Source: Candidatus Latescibacterota bacterium (GTDB lineage: Bacteria; Latescibacterota; UBA2968; UBA8231). Taken from it: a DNA stretch of 64,000 bases. Made by a program: the position numbers and the translations under genes. Positions 19,948 to 30,253 of the stretch are shown piece by piece. The DNA lies in assembly GCA_965206595.1 (NCBI GenBank), contig OZ242214.1, positions 2,336,001-2,400,000 of the forward strand. Reading direction: 5' to 3'. The notes under the pieces were generated by a model that saw only the letters and a program-made list of their open reading frames with translations, searched no databases and was not told the origin of the DNA. The number at the start of each line of letters is the position of its first letter. The first letter of the stretch is position 1.

Positions 19948-21003
19948 TCAGGTGCGGCGCTCGATCTCGACTCCGAGCCTTTCCGCGCAGGCGGCGATCT
20001 GCCGCCAGGTCTCCTCATCCACCGCGATCTCCTCGCCGCGGCGGGCGTTCTGCCGGCGCTCGACCTCCCCCGGGATCAGCACCTCCTCGAAGCCGGCCAT
20101 CGGCGGCGTCGATTTCAGGTAGCGGACGAAATCGTCGACTTCGGCGGCGAAGTCCCCGAAAGGGAGGAACTGGCGCACGTCCAAGGCCAGCAGGAAGCAG
20201 CCGTTGCCGAGGCGCGCCCGCGCATGCCCGGTGGTTCCGGCACCGCTGAGGGCCCCTCCGAGCAGGTCGACGATCACCCCGAGCCCGTACCCCTTGTGGC
20301 CCGCGGCCCCCCCGAAGGGAAGGATGGTTCCGCGCGGCTCGGAGTAGAGGTCCGCCGGGTCGTTGGTCGGCTTTCCGTTGCCGTCGAGCATCCACCCGTC
20401 GGGTACCGGCTCGCCTGCGTTGAGCTTGACCCTGACCTTGCCCTCGGCGACCGCGCTGGTGGTCATGTCGAGCACGATCGGGGCCTGTGGATCACCGGTG
20501 GGGATCCCGACCGCCAGCGGATTGGTCGCCAGGCGGCCCTCGGCGCCCCCCCACGGGGCGATGATGGCTCCCCGGCCATGGGCGTTTGCCACAAGCAGCC
20601 CGATCTGCTGCTGCCGCGCCATCTCCTCGACATAGGCCCCGAGGCGGCCGATGTGGTAGCTGCGGCGGACGGTCACCGCGGCCAGCCCGTACTGGCGCGC
20701 TTTCGCCACCGCCAGCTCGACGGCGCGGCCGGCGACTACCTGGCCGAACCCCCAGTTGCCGTCGAGGGTTGCCGAGGCCGGGGTTTCCTCCAGGATCTCG
20801 ACATCCGCCCCGGGCACCACCTCCCCGTCCTCGATTGCTTTCAGGTACTGCGGCACCCGGATGACGCCGTGGGAATCGTGGCCGAGCCGGTTCGCCTCGA
20901 CCAGGCGGCCGGCGACGGCGGCGGCCTCCGGAGCGGGGACCTGCGCGGCGCGGAACAGGCTCCGGCAGATCTCGGTGAGGTGATCCGGGTGAAGGAGCGG
21001 CAT
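19948..21003 (-). CDS. Ldh_2 family (malate/L-lactate/sulfolactate) dehydrogenase
   Basis: GHDSHG, HIGRLG, TNPLA, GHKGYGL. Confidence 0.92.
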   Translation of the reverse strand: MPLLHPDHLTEICRSLFRAAQVPAPEAAAVAGRLVEANRLGHDSHGVIRVPQYLKAIEDGEVVPGADVEILEETPASATLDGNWGFGQVVAGRAVELAVAKARQYGLAAVTVRRSYHIGRLGAYVEEMARQQQIGLLVANAHGRGAIIAPWGGAEGRLATNPLAVGIPTGDPQAPIVLDMTTSAVAEGKVRVKLNAGEPVPDGWMLDGNGKPTNDPADLYSEPRGTILPFGGAAGHKGYGLGVIVDLLGGALSGAGTTGHARARLGNGCFLLALDVRQFLPFGDFAAEVDDFVRYLKSTPPMAGFEEVLIPGEVERRQNARRGEEIAVDEETWRQIAACAERLGVEIERRT

Positions 21004-21308
21004 TGGGCAGGTCGGTCGTGGGCAGACTCGGTCCCCCGGGGATTCCGAGGGGATGTAACTGTCTGTAAAAATATTACTTAAGGAAGGTGAAACAGGGGGG
21101 CTTCCGGGTCAACATCGGCGACGCGACGAACCCGGGGGCGGGACTGGCCGGCCCTGGTTGCTGGCCGCAGATCGGGGGGCCCTCGGGTCAACCTCGGCAA
21201 CGTGGTGGATCTGGGGGGCGGACCCGCCGGCCGTGGCTGGGCCTGAGATCCGGGCGGAAGCGCAGTCCGCGACAGCCCCGGGCGTCGGTCCTGCCCCGGG
21301 ATCCGGTT

Positions 21309-22877
21309 CTACCAGATGAACAGCGTCTTGAGAAACCGGTCCGCCTGCCGCTCGTCGAGGCGGGCCTTTTTTCGCGCCTTCTTCACCAGGTCCTTGGTGG
21401 TGCTGATCTTCTCTTCGCGATACAGCTCGCGTCCCTCCGCGAGGATCTCCCCGAGCAGGCGCGCCGCAGCGGCCGGCTCGATCCCGGAAGCGGCCGCGGC
21501 GGCGTCCACCGCCGGGCGCAGCCGGCCGTCCGGCTTCTCGATCTCCTGCTGCGCCCGCGCCGTCAGCTGTCGCAGGAACCTCCTCACCTTGGCACGCTCG
21601 GTGCCGATGGTCCGCGCCGGATCGATGACGAACATGTCGATGCGGCCGGCGATGTCATGCTGAACCAGCCTCGACAGGGCGCGCAGTATCTGGGTGACCA
21701 CGGTGTCGGCGTCCGCGGCCGACATCCCTTCGGCGCGCTCGACCTCCCCTACCCACGGGGGAATCTCGGTCCCGGGAGGACGCGCCAGGATGTCGCGGTT
21801 TCTCGTCCCGAGGCGGCGCAGCGACTCCACTGTTACCGGGGGACCCGATGGCTGCGCTCCCGCCTCCGAAGGTTCCTCCCCGTCCTGCATGGCTGCCGCC
21901 CCGGCAGCCTTCCGCAGCCGGGCGCGCGTCGCCTTTGCCTTGGCTTCGGCCTCCCGGGCGGTTTCGGCGGCTGCTTCAGCTGCCGCGGCCACGCTGTCCC
22001 GGCGCGCTTGCAGGCGGGCGATGCCGTTGCCGACCCGGGCAGACACCAGGTCGGATGCCGGCTCGGCCACCGGGCGTTCCAGCGGGGACTCCGGCTCCTT
22101 CGGCGGAGGCGGGGGAGGTTCCAGGCCGGGTGGCTCGCCGTTCAGGACAATCTGGTGGCGCCACCAGATCCACTTCGAGGCCCCCTTGCCGGAGGCGTCG
22201 ACGGCGATCTTCGCGTGCAGGGATTTCCCCGGACGGTCGCTGTCGGTCACCAGGAACATGGCGTCCAGCACCATCTCCGGGAACGGGTGGAGGTCCAGCC
22301 AGGACCACGGAAGCGCCAGCTCGTAGGTGTAGAGGCCAGGCCTGGCCTGGGAAGCGGCCTTTACCGGGATCCCGGCTGCAGGCTCGGTCCGCTGCCTTCC
22401 CCCCCAGGCGAAGGCTTCGCCGTCCCCCGGCAGGGGCGAAACCCAGATGTTCATCCCGGTGTCCTCTCCGGGGCCGCGCACGAAGACCTTGAGGTGATCG
22501 TAGTAGAACATGGCGTTCTTCTCCCTGCCGCCCGCGCGCACCTTGCGCATTTCGGGGGGAACGCGGGCAGCGTCGAGGGAATCGTCGGTGACGGCGACGG
22601 CGACGTAGAGGTTGGCGGCGTCCCAGCTGGTGCAGACGTCTGCCTCCTGCTCCGGCCAGCCGGTGAATACCCCGCGTTGACCGACGCGCTCCCCTGCAGG
22701 ATCCAGCGCGATGCAGTCGGTCGGGCCCCATTCGTTGAGATCGCCGTCGACGGCGATGCTCCAGTCGACGGTGGCGACGACCCGTGCCGCGTCCTTGTCA
22801 GCGGCGAGGGCCGGTTCCTCGGCGCCCCGGACCAGCGCCGGAAGGAGGAAGAGAAAGAGCGGGAGGGCCCCGCGCAC
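21309..22877 (-). CDS. Secreted protein with a CBM9-like domain and helical C-terminus
   Basis: GTG overlaps the upstream stop; signal peptide; VDGDLNEW, WDAANLYVAVAVTDD, YTYELALPW. Confidence 0.65.
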   Translation of the reverse strand: MRGALPLFLFLLPALVRGAEEPALAADKDAARVVATVDWSIAVDGDLNEWGPTDCIALDPAGERVGQRGVFTGWPEQEADVCTSWDAANLYVAVAVTDDSLDAARVPPEMRKVRAGGREKNAMFYYDHLKVFVRGPGEDTGMNIWVSPLPGDGEAFAWGGRQRTEPAAGIPVKAASQARPGLYTYELALPWSWLDLHPFPEMVLDAMFLVTDSDRPGKSLHAKIAVDASGKGASKWIWWRHQIVLNGEPPGLEPPPPPPKEPESPLERPVAEPASDLVSARVGNGIARLQARRDSVAAAAEAAAETAREAEAKAKATRARLRKAAGAAAMQDGEEPSEAGAQPSGPPVTVESLRRLGTRNRDILARPPGTEIPPWVGEVERAEGMSAADADTVVTQILRALSRLVQHDIAGRIDMFVIDPARTIGTERAKVRRFLRQLTARAQQEIEKPDGRLRPAVDAAAAASGIEPAAAARLLGEILAEGRELYREEKISTTKDLVKKARKKARLDERQADRFLKTLFIW

Positions 22878-23410
22878 TAGCCGGCGCGGCCTTCCCGCAT
22901 CCGCGACACCGCCCATTCCGCCTCGGCGTCCTCGACGGCGACGGTGTGAACTCCCCTGGCGAACTGCGACTGCAGGTAAGCGTATTGTGTCTGCATCGCC
23001 GCGTCCGGGTACTCCCACCCGTGCAGGAAATGCACCCCCTGGACGCCGGCCTGCAGCAGCTCCTTGGTGCACCCGAAGCAGGGGCGCATCGTCGAGTAGA
23101 TGACCGCCCCTTCCGTGGCGATGCCGAATCTCGCCGCGGCGAGAAGGGCATTCTGCTCGGCGTGGACGCAGATGCACAGGTCGTAGCGGCTGCCCGACTT
23201 GTAGCGCTCGCGGTCGGCGCAGCGCTCGCAGCCCCCGTCGGTGCAGTTGGTCATGCTCGCCGGGGTGCCGTTGTACCCCGTCGAAACGATGCGGTCGTCG
23301 AGCACGAGAATCGCCCCGACGCGGTTGCCGAAGCAGTCGGCTCGGGAGCGCACCGACATGGCGATCCCCATGTAGTACTGGTCCCACGCAGGACGTGAGT
23401 TGGGCTGCAT
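22877..23410 (-). CDS. dCMP deaminase family protein
   Basis: RPAWDQYYM, GYNG, HAEQNA, PCFGC. Confidence 0.92.
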   Translation of the reverse strand: MQPNSRPAWDQYYMGIAMSVRSRADCFGNRVGAILVLDDRIVSTGYNGTPASMTNCTDGGCERCADRERYKSGSRYDLCICVHAEQNALLAAARFGIATEGAVIYSTMRPCFGCTKELLQAGVQGVHFLHGWEYPDAAMQTQYAYLQSQFARGVHTVAVEDAEAEWAVSRMREGRAG

Positions 23411-23656
23411 CCACCGGCCTTTCGATGCTGGTTCGTCCACCGTACCTTGAGGCCGCCCTGAGCAGCCGATGAAATAGTCACCCGGGCTGCCAGAGGCCGT
23501 TTTGAAGATATGCGGTTGCCGGCGGGCGGCCTACCCGGCTCCCGGCAGGGCGGGGCGCGAGCCCGGAGGATTGAGCCGCGGTTTTTCCTCAGGATGCAGC
23601 GGCGGCCGAATTCACCCGGAATCAAGCGCGCAGGCAACCAGGATTGGAGATCTGAA

Positions 23657-24637
23657 ATGAACCTTCCCCCCACCGACGGGATCACCGTCGATGCGGAGGC
23701 CCTGCAAACGCTGGTCGCCGGCATCTTCGGCGCCGTGCCGGTCCCGGAAGAGCACGCCGAGTTGATCGCACGCCTTCTCGTCGACACCGACCTGCGCGGC
23801 GTGGTCAGCCACGGCGTCCTCCAGGTCGAGCGCTACGCGCGCGGTTTTCAGAAGCGCACCATCAACCCCCTCCCGGAGATCGAGGTGTTGCGCGACGGGC
23901 AGGCCACCGCGGCCCTGTCAGGGGACGGCGGCCTCGGCATCGTCGTCGCCGCCGAGGCGATGGGCATGGCGATCGAAAAGGCCCGCGCCTGCGGAGTCGG
24001 GGTGGTCACCACGACCTGCCACGACCACATAGGCAGCGCCGGCAAATACGTGCGCATGGCCCTGCGCGAGCACCTCGTCGGCATCGCCTTCTCCGGGCGC
24101 AGCTGCGCTCCTTCCTACCCGGCGGAGGCGACTCCGCAGGGGTCGATACAGGGCAGCCCCCCGCTCGCCTTCGGGACGCCTTCCGATGCCGGCCACCCCG
24201 ATTTCCTCCTCGACTTCTCCAGCGGCATCGGCTGGGACGAGGAGGTGTTTGCCAGGTACCCCGAGCTCTACTTCCGCGGCGTCGGGCTGTCCCACGTGGC
24301 CAACATCCTCAGCGGCACCCTCGGGGGCCAGATGCTGCCCCGCTTCGACCGCCGCAATCTCGAGTTCACCGGAGCGAACCAGTCGGGGTTCTTCACCGCC
24401 ATCGACGTGGCCCGCTTCGTCCCGGTGGAGGCGTTCGAGCAGGACGTGGGGCAGTTGATGGGCGCGGTTTCACAGATGACGCCGTTTCCCGGGTACGACC
24501 GCGCCGATCTACCGGGAGGTCCGGAATGGAGGAGGGAACAGGCCTACTCGGTGGAGGGGGTCCCGATCTCCCGGGAAGCCGCGGACTCCCTGGAAACCCT
24601 GGCCGGGGAGTTCGGCCTGGCAGTGCCCTGGAACTAG
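23657..24637 (+). CDS. Divergent Ldh_2 family oxidoreductase
   Basis: DLRGVVSHG, HIGSAG, LPGGPE; central segment shorter than in the 19948 paralogue. Confidence 0.85.
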   Translation: MNLPPTDGITVDAEALQTLVAGIFGAVPVPEEHAELIARLLVDTDLRGVVSHGVLQVERYARGFQKRTINPLPEIEVLRDGQATAALSGDGGLGIVVAAEAMGMAIEKARACGVGVVTTTCHDHIGSAGKYVRMALREHLVGIAFSGRSCAPSYPAEATPQGSIQGSPPLAFGTPSDAGHPDFLLDFSSGIGWDEEVFARYPELYFRGVGLSHVANILSGTLGGQMLPRFDRRNLEFTGANQSGFFTAIDVARFVPVEAFEQDVGQLMGAVSQMTPFPGYDRADLPGGPEWRREQAYSVEGVPISREAADSLETLAGEFGLAVPWN

Positions 24638-24707
24638 AGCGGAGGGCGCCCCGGCGCCCTGATCCTGCGATCTGTGGGTAAGGACACCAGCGCGAAGGAG
24701 GAAACCT

Positions 24708-24842
24708 TTGAGCGGCAAAGAGAGATGGATCATGGCGGCCTTCGTCGGCGTCGGCGCCTTCTACCTGTTCGAATGGAATGCCCTGTACCTGTACGCGGTG
24801 GCGGCCCTGATCTACGCCTTCACGCGCTCCAGGGGACGCTGA
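24708..24842 (+). CDS. 44-aa small membrane protein
   Basis: SD AAGGAGG then TTG; MSGKERWIMAAFVGVGAFYLFEWNALYLYAVAALIYAFTRSRGR*; host-like codon use. Confidence 0.65.
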   Translation: MSGKERWIMAAFVGVGAFYLFEWNALYLYAVAALIYAFTRSRGR

Positions 24843-25024
24843 TTCCCGGGGGCGGTTGCGGCTGAACCTGGCCCCTTCGCATGGATGAGGAATCGGTTGG
24901 GTTCAGCCGCTTCCTCCCGCGGTTTTAACCTCGAACCTGTCCCGGACCCTGGTTTCGCACCCGGACCTCGAGCGGAGGGCTTTCAGCTGCCCTCGCCGCC
25001 TTTCTCCATCTTTCCCCCACTTCG

Positions 25025-25795
25025 CTACTGGTACGACTCGGACCGGTCCCCGCCGTTGACGTTGAAGTTCTGGCCGGTCACGTAGCTCGCCCCGTCCGAA
25101 CAGAGAAACAGAACCACCTCGGCGACCTCGTCGGCGCTGCCTGCCCGGCCCAGCGGAATCGAGCGCAGGAACTGCTCCCTCACCTCGGGGTCCCGCCTCG
25201 CCAGGGCGCCCCGCCCCATGCCGGCGTCGATCATGCCGGGCGAGATCGAGTTGACGCGGATGCCGTTTAGAGCCTCCTCCTTGGAGAGCACCTTCGTCAG
25301 GGCGACGAGGCCGGCCTTCGAGGTGCCGTAGGCGGCGCTTCCCCCGGGGAGAGTGTTGATGACGTTGGAGGAGATGTTGACGATGCAGCCCCCGCCCCGG
25401 GTCCGCATTTCCAGAATTCCCGCGCGGCACATGTAGAAGGCGCTATTGAGGTTGGCATCCATAGTCTGATGCCATTGATCAAGTGAGATGTCGACCGCTT
25501 TCTCGCCGCCGACGGCGAGCCCGGCGTTGTTGACGAGAATCTGCATTCCCCCCATGGCTGCACCCGCCTCCTCCACGAGGCGGGTGCAGGCGTCCGGATC
25601 GACCAGGTCGGCCTGAAACAGCCCCGCTTCGCTACCGGCCGCGGTCAGGCTCCCGGCGAGCTGTCTCGCCGGCTCCTCCCGGGTGTTGTAATGGACCGCT
25701 ATCCCGGCTCCGGCGCGGGCGAGTACGCGGCAGATCGAGCTGCCGATGCCGCCGGAGGCCCCGGTGACGAGGGCGGTCTTTCCATCGAGTCTCAT
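25025..25795 (-). CDS. SDR family oxidoreductase (FabG-like)
   Basis: TGASGGIG, NNAG, YGTSK. Confidence 0.92.
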   Translation of the reverse strand: MRLDGKTALVTGASGGIGSSICRVLARAGAGIAVHYNTREEPARQLAGSLTAAGSEAGLFQADLVDPDACTRLVEEAGAAMGGMQILVNNAGLAVGGEKAVDISLDQWHQTMDANLNSAFYMCRAGILEMRTRGGGCIVNISSNVINTLPGGSAAYGTSKAGLVALTKVLSKEEALNGIRVNSISPGMIDAGMGRGALARRDPEVREQFLRSIPLGRAGSADEVAEVVLFLCSDGASYVTGQNFNVNGGDRSESYQ

Positions 25796-25884
25796 GCGAT
25801 TACCGGCTCCTTCCGATAGCGCGGTGGCTGTCCGGTGGCGAAGCGCCGCGGGGGGGAATGCGGAATAGGAAGTCGATCTGCCGG

Positions 25885-25956
25885 GCGGCAGGTCGCGCTG
25901 CCGATGCCTCCCGACGCCCCGGTGACGGGGGCGGTTTTTTCATCGAGCCCCATGCG
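25885..25956 (-). repeat. Diverged duplicate of the SDR 5' end (copy of 25727-25798)
   Basis: MGLDEKTAPVTGASGGIGSATCR vs MRLDGKTALVTGASGGIGSSICR; 72 bp, colinear. Confidence 0.8.
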
Positions 25957-26047
25957 GTTGCCTTCCGATGCGGTTGTTCGTGTCTTGTGGTGAACTTCCG
26001 CAGGGGAGGACGCCGAATCAAACTCCCCCCTGCCGGGAAGCGACCGC

Positions 26048-27244
26048 ATGAAAACCGCCGCCGTTCTCCTTGTCCGGAGCGCCATCGCCGCGCTCGGCAT
26101 CCTGCTGCTGGTCCTGCTGATACCGGCCGCCCGCGACGCCTGCTGGGGACTGCTCTTCCTCGGCGACTTCGTCGCCGGCGAGCGGACGACCCTTTTCGAC
26201 CTTCTCACCCCTGAACCGAAGGTCAGCAGCAGCGAGTTGGCCGCAGGAGGCGACCTGCGCATCCCCTTCGATTTCTACGGCCCGCGGCCGGCCGCGGAGC
26301 TGGTCGCCGACGGCGAGCGCCTGCCGGGGTTCCTGTTTACCCAGGGCCTCGTCCACGAGGGGTACCGCGACCCCAGGGTGATCGCCATGGCCCGTCGGCT
26401 GGCCCGCGCCGGGTTCGCGGTGATGGTCCCCGACCTGCTGCAGATGAAGCACTACCGGCTGGGGTTCGAGGACATCGATGCGGTCGCCGCCTGCCTGGAT
26501 TTCCTGCTCGAATCCACCCTCGTCGACGGCGATCGGGTCGGCGTGATCGCCCCGAGCTTCAGCGCCGGTCCGATGCTGATGGCCCTTGGCCGGCCGAATC
26601 TGCGCGACAAGGTCCGCTTCGGCCTGATCTTCGGGAGCTACTACGACATGCGGCGCACCCTGCGCTTCGTCCTGACCGGCTCCTACGATGCCCCGGGACT
26701 TCCCGCGGTGCGCGCCGCCCCGGGCAGCCGGCGCAATCGCTGGCGGCTCCTGCGCGGCAACCTCGACCTCGTGCCCGGCTCCCCGAGCCGCGCCGACTTC
26801 GCCGCCTTCGTTGCCGCGCGGGCGCGCTCCCCCTCGCACGACGACCCGGAGCTGCGCGCCACCTTCTCGGCGGAAGAACGCCTCATGCTCGAGTTCACCG
26901 CCAACACCGACCCGGCCCGCTTCGACTCGCTGTTCCCGCGGTTGCCGCGGGCTTTCCGCAGCTGGATCGACACCTTCTCCCTGCACCATCACACCGCCGG
27001 AGTAAGGACGAAGCTGCTGATCGCCCACAGCAGCGCCGACAAGGTCATCCCCTACCCGGAAAGCCTGGCGCTGGCCGCGGACCTGCCGAACGCGCCCCCG
27101 CCCGACGTATCGATCCTCGATCTCTTCACCCACGTCGACCTGAAGATCGACAGGACGTCCCTGCACACCCTCGTTGTCGACGTCATTCCGGGTCTGTTCG
27201 AGATCTGGGGCATCGGGCGCGCACTCATGAGCCAGCGCAGGTAG
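26048..27244 (+). CDS. Membrane-anchored alpha/beta-hydrolase-fold protein
   Basis: N-terminal TM segment; LARAGFAVMVPDL, RVGVIAPSFSAG, AHSSADKVIP. Confidence 0.65.
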   Translation: MKTAAVLLVRSAIAALGILLLVLLIPAARDACWGLLFLGDFVAGERTTLFDLLTPEPKVSSSELAAGGDLRIPFDFYGPRPAAELVADGERLPGFLFTQGLVHEGYRDPRVIAMARRLARAGFAVMVPDLLQMKHYRLGFEDIDAVAACLDFLLESTLVDGDRVGVIAPSFSAGPMLMALGRPNLRDKVRFGLIFGSYYDMRRTLRFVLTGSYDAPGLPAVRAAPGSRRNRWRLLRGNLDLVPGSPSRADFAAFVAARARSPSHDDPELRATFSAEERLMLEFTANTDPARFDSLFPRLPRAFRSWIDTFSLHHHTAGVRTKLLIAHSSADKVIPYPESLALAADLPNAPPPDVSILDLFTHVDLKIDRTSLHTLVVDVIPGLFEIWGIGRALMSQRR

Positions 27245-27255
27245 GAGATTCGGAT

Positions 27256-28536
27256 ATGGTTATGCGACAAAGAGATAGACGAAGTGATCGGACCGAACCA
27301 GGGATTCCGGGAGCGCGCGCTACAGATCGGGGACCGGCCCGTTGCGGCAGGCCGGACAAGGCCAATCATCCGGATCCGTCCAGGTTCCCCCACTGTTCCC
27401 GGACCGGCCGCGCCCTGCTCCCCGGGCTCTTCTGCGCGCTCGCTGCGGTGCTGCTGCGGCCGGCCCCGGGCGGGGCCTCGGCCGTCCACGAAAGCACGGG
27501 CTGGCGGCCGACCGCGGTGCCGCTGTGGAACTACAGCACCGACGACGGGACCGGGTACGGGCTGCGCGCCAATCTCTACGAGTACGACGGCCGCACCGTT
27601 CCCTACCGCCGCAAGTACTCGGCGCAGCTTTTCTTCACGAGCAAGGGGAAGTGGGTGCACCGGCTGCTGATGGACACCCCGAGATTCCGCGGCGGCGGCG
27701 ACCGCCTCGAGCTGGAGTTCGTGTTCGAGAAGGAGGAGTTCGCCAACTACTACGGCGGCCTTTCGAGGGCGGAGACCCGCGGCCTGGGCGGCGACCAGAA
27801 AACCTTCTCCCAGGCCTTCCCCGAGCTCAAGCTGAGGTGGATCCGGAAACTGGGGTCGCCGCGCGAGTCCACCCCGTGGAGGCTGCGGCTCGGAAGCCGC
27901 CTGACCTGGTACCGGATCACCCCGAACGCCGGCGCCGGCAACATCCTGCATGAGCAGAACCCGCTCGGCGCCGACGGCGGCCCCCTCGCCCAGATCGACG
28001 CCTCGCTGCGCTACGACACCCGGGACAACTACAACGACAGCTCCGCCGGCCTGCTCGAGGAGTTCCTCGTCGAGTACACCATCGGCGCCGGGGGGGACTA
28101 CAACGGCCTCAGGGCCCACCTCGAGCACCGCCACTTCGCCTCCCCCGTTTCCGGCATCGTCGCCGCTCACCGGCTCGCCTGCGACTGGACCGCCGGGGAC
28201 CTGCCGTTCTTCGAGGAGCTCGAGCTGGGGGGCAGCAACACGGTCCGCGGCCTCCCCCAAGCCCGCGACCGCGGCGGCGCGCGGGTGCTCCTCAACGGGG
28301 AGCTGCGCTGGCGCGGCCTGCGCCTGTCCGCGGCGGAGAACATCTACCTCGGGGCGCTGCTGTTCGCCGACGCCGGCCAGATCTTCGGCCGCGGCGAGCT
28401 GCCTGCCCGCGACCAGTGGCGCCGCGGGGCCGGCCTGGGGCTGCGCTTCCACTGGCAGAGCACGATCATCCGCGCCGACTACGGCTCCTCGGGAGGCGGC
28501 ACCGGCACCTACATCACCTTCTCGCAGGTCTTCTGA
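27256..28536 (+). CDS. BamA/TamA (Omp85) family outer-membrane barrel protein
   Basis: YDTRD, LGGSNTVRG, FADAG, terminal Phe; true start may lie downstream. Confidence 0.82.
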   Translation: MVMRQRDRRSDRTEPGIPGARATDRGPARCGRPDKANHPDPSRFPHCSRTGRALLPGLFCALAAVLLRPAPGGASAVHESTGWRPTAVPLWNYSTDDGTGYGLRANLYEYDGRTVPYRRKYSAQLFFTSKGKWVHRLLMDTPRFRGGGDRLELEFVFEKEEFANYYGGLSRAETRGLGGDQKTFSQAFPELKLRWIRKLGSPRESTPWRLRLGSRLTWYRITPNAGAGNILHEQNPLGADGGPLAQIDASLRYDTRDNYNDSSAGLLEEFLVEYTIGAGGDYNGLRAHLEHRHFASPVSGIVAAHRLACDWTAGDLPFFEELELGGSNTVRGLPQARDRGGARVLLNGELRWRGLRLSAAENIYLGALLFADAGQIFGRGELPARDQWRRGAGLGLRFHWQSTIIRADYGSSGGGTGTYITFSQVF

Positions 28537-28537
28537 C

Positions 28538-29845
28538 ATGAGCGCAGCCGCAGCCAGCGAGCGCGAGTACCGCAGGCAGGTCAACGCCTGGTGCCTCTAC
28601 GACTGGGGCAACTCCGCCTTCGCCACCACCATCATGGCCGGGGTCTTCCCCCTCTTCTACCGGTCGATGGCGACCAGCGCCGGCCTCGGCGAGGCGGACG
28701 CCACCGCGGCCTGGGCGTACACCACCTCCATAGCCCTGCTCATAGTCGCCGTCATCGGGCCTCCCCTCGGGTCGTTCTGCGACCAGGTCGAAAGCAAGAA
28801 GCGCTTCCTCGCCTTCTTCGCCGGCCTCGGGGTCTGCGCCTCCGCCCTCTTCGTCTTCCTCGGCGACGACAGCTACCTGACCGGGTCCCTCCTCTTCATC
28901 GCCGGCAACATCGGTTTCGCCGCCGGCAACATCTTCTACGAGTCGCTGCTGCCGCACGTGGCGCGCCCCGGGGACCTCGACCGCGTCTCGACCCGCGGCT
29001 ACGCCATGGGGTACGTCGGCGGCGGCATCCTGCTGATCTTCAACCTGCTCTGGGTCATGCACCCCGGCTGGTTCCTGCTTCCCGGAACCGGGTTCGCGCT
29101 GCGCCTGACCTTCTTCAGCGTCGCCGTCTGGTGGGCGGTCTTCACCGTTCCCCTGATGCGCCGCGTCGAGGAGCCGCGGCGGCCCCGGACCGAGGCAAGG
29201 CAAGGGAACGTGGTGGGGGCCGCGTTAGCGCGCTTGGCGAGCACCTTCCGCCAGGTGCGCCGCCACCGCCAGCTGCTGCTGTTTCTCGCCGCCTTCTGGC
29301 TCTACAACGACGGCATCGGCACCATCATCAAGATGGCGATCGCCTACGGGGACGAGGTCGGCATCGGCCGCAACGAGCTGATTTCGGCCCTGGTCCTGAC
29401 GCAGTTGATCGGCATCCCCTGCACCTTCCTGTTCGGCAGGCTGGCGCGGGTCCTGGGGAGCAAGCGCTCGATCCTCGCCGGTCTGGGGGTGTACGGGCTG
29501 ATCTCGGTGGCGGGCTATTTCATGCAGACCGCCCTCCACTTCTACATCCTGGCGGGGCTGGTCGGCATGGTTCAGGGAGGCACGCAGGCGCTGAGCCGCT
29601 CACTCTACGCCTCCATGATACCGCGGGCGAGGTCGGCGGAATTCTTCGGCTTCTACAGCACCAGCTCCCGTTTCGCCGGCATCTTCGGCCCGCTGGTTTT
29701 CGGGGTGGTCAGCCAGTTGACCGGCGGCAGCCGTCTCGGCATCGTTTCGCTCGTCTTCTTCTTCGTCGTCGGCGGGGCCCTGCTGCTTTTCGTCGACGAG
29801 CGGGAAGGGGCTCGCGCCGCCCGGCAGGAAGAAGGGCCGGCCTGA
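28538..29845 (+). CDS. MFS transporter (UMF1/Atg22-like)
   Basis: AWCLYDWGNSAF, FYESLLP, GGTQALSRSLY, EFFGFY. Confidence 0.92.
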   Translation: MSAAAASEREYRRQVNAWCLYDWGNSAFATTIMAGVFPLFYRSMATSAGLGEADATAAWAYTTSIALLIVAVIGPPLGSFCDQVESKKRFLAFFAGLGVCASALFVFLGDDSYLTGSLLFIAGNIGFAAGNIFYESLLPHVARPGDLDRVSTRGYAMGYVGGGILLIFNLLWVMHPGWFLLPGTGFALRLTFFSVAVWWAVFTVPLMRRVEEPRRPRTEARQGNVVGAALARLASTFRQVRRHRQLLLFLAAFWLYNDGIGTIIKMAIAYGDEVGIGRNELISALVLTQLIGIPCTFLFGRLARVLGSKRSILAGLGVYGLISVAGYFMQTALHFYILAGLVGMVQGGTQALSRSLYASMIPRARSAEFFGFYSTSSRFAGIFGPLVFGVVSQLTGGSRLGIVSLVFFFVVGGALLLFVDEREGARAARQEEGPA

Positions 29846-30253
29846 GAGAACGGCCGGGTCCGTTAGCCGGGAGGACCTGGCGGTTCGGAGGCGCGCACCC
29901 GGGATGGGCTCGCAGCAGGCCCGGAGCCCCGGCGCAAGGGGCCGGCGCGCCGCGCCTCGCCTGCGTCCGCCCGATCACCCCTAGCCCCCAGGGCCGCGCA
30001 GTACGCCCAGCGGACATCGGAGGAAAGAGTCTCTCATGCACTAGGTCGGCAGCGACAGGCAACTTCGGGAATCAGGCCGTGGTGCCAGAGCGCGGTTTCC
30101 AGGCTGATATGCGACGGGGAATGAAACCATTCCCCGTTGGCAGCCTGAAGCTCTTGTTCCGGAGTTCAGATCAGAATGACGGTTCGGCCTGGAGAGGCTC
30201 GGGTGTCCACCCAGCCTTGGGGACAAACGCGTTTTCAGCCGGAAGACGGCTTC

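Noticed and set aside
21309-23410. dCMP deaminase overlapping a secreted-protein gene as a nucleotide-depletion defence system
   Set aside because: Ordinary short ComEB-like deaminase with no kinase domain, host-like GC, no defence context
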